Of a DNA stretch of 64,000 nucleotides, positions 63,707 to 64,000 are shown in pieces. Location: the NCBI GenBank assembly GCA_046563655.1, contig CM102288.1, positions 2,604,001-2,668,000 on the forward strand. Reading direction: 5' to 3'. Positions within the stretch are counted from its first letter, which is position 1, and each line of letters begins with the position of its first letter. A program made the position numbers and the translations under genes. The notes below the pieces were generated by a model. That model had not been told where the DNA came from. It ran no database searches and saw only the letters and a program-made list of their open reading frames with translations. Source of the DNA: Yuukianura sp. NJ FZ-2021. Lineage: Eukaryota.

Positions 63707-64000
63707 TCAGCTTCCAAACACTAATGTCACCCTTAATCTTCACTTCCTCTTTTCAAAAAATCCAAAATCTAAAGTCTCTGTTTTTCTAAGCCACCCACCG
63801 CATGACATGGCTCGAGGCAATTTTCTACTTCCAAAGTCTCACACCTCCTCAGTCCTAAAATCCTAATTATTTTGAATTTCAAAACTTGGCGCTTAGAAAC
63901 ACTTAGGAGTCATTAGGCGGAAGGCTATTAGGGCCAATTAACCTCAAAAACTTTACAGGTGAGTCAGGCGGAAATGAAGTTCAGAAAATTAAACAAAATT

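Overview
This is a compact, AT-rich, intron-containing animal genomic region, most likely arthropod (a Pph13-like homeobox suggests a pancrustacean). It is not prokaryotic, so the supplied ORF track mostly shows single exons or antisense shadows. Gene models were assembled by hand from GT-AG boundaries and reading frame. Left to right: an ARHGAP12/15/27-family WW-PH-RPEL-RhoGAP gene (+, 5' end outside the window); SPAG6 (-), whose 5.1-kb intron holds a probable nested + strand gene; TTC25/ODAD4 (+), head-to-head with SPAG6 across an RFX X-box; a small PY-motif membrane protein (-); CISD3 (+); PINK1 (-); DNAJC16 (-); and a Pph13/aristaless-class homeobox gene (+). An accessory-looking block at 38.4-48.8 kb follows, in which two divergent paralogous, unrecognised secreted Cys-rich proteins flank a fungal MEP-type ammonium transporter (horizontal-transfer candidate) and a ricin-B-like lectin. 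The window ends with a CG32809/SRCIN1/KIAA1217-family gene (-) carrying a nested pentraxin gene. All family assignments come from recalled motif knowledge; no database searches were run.
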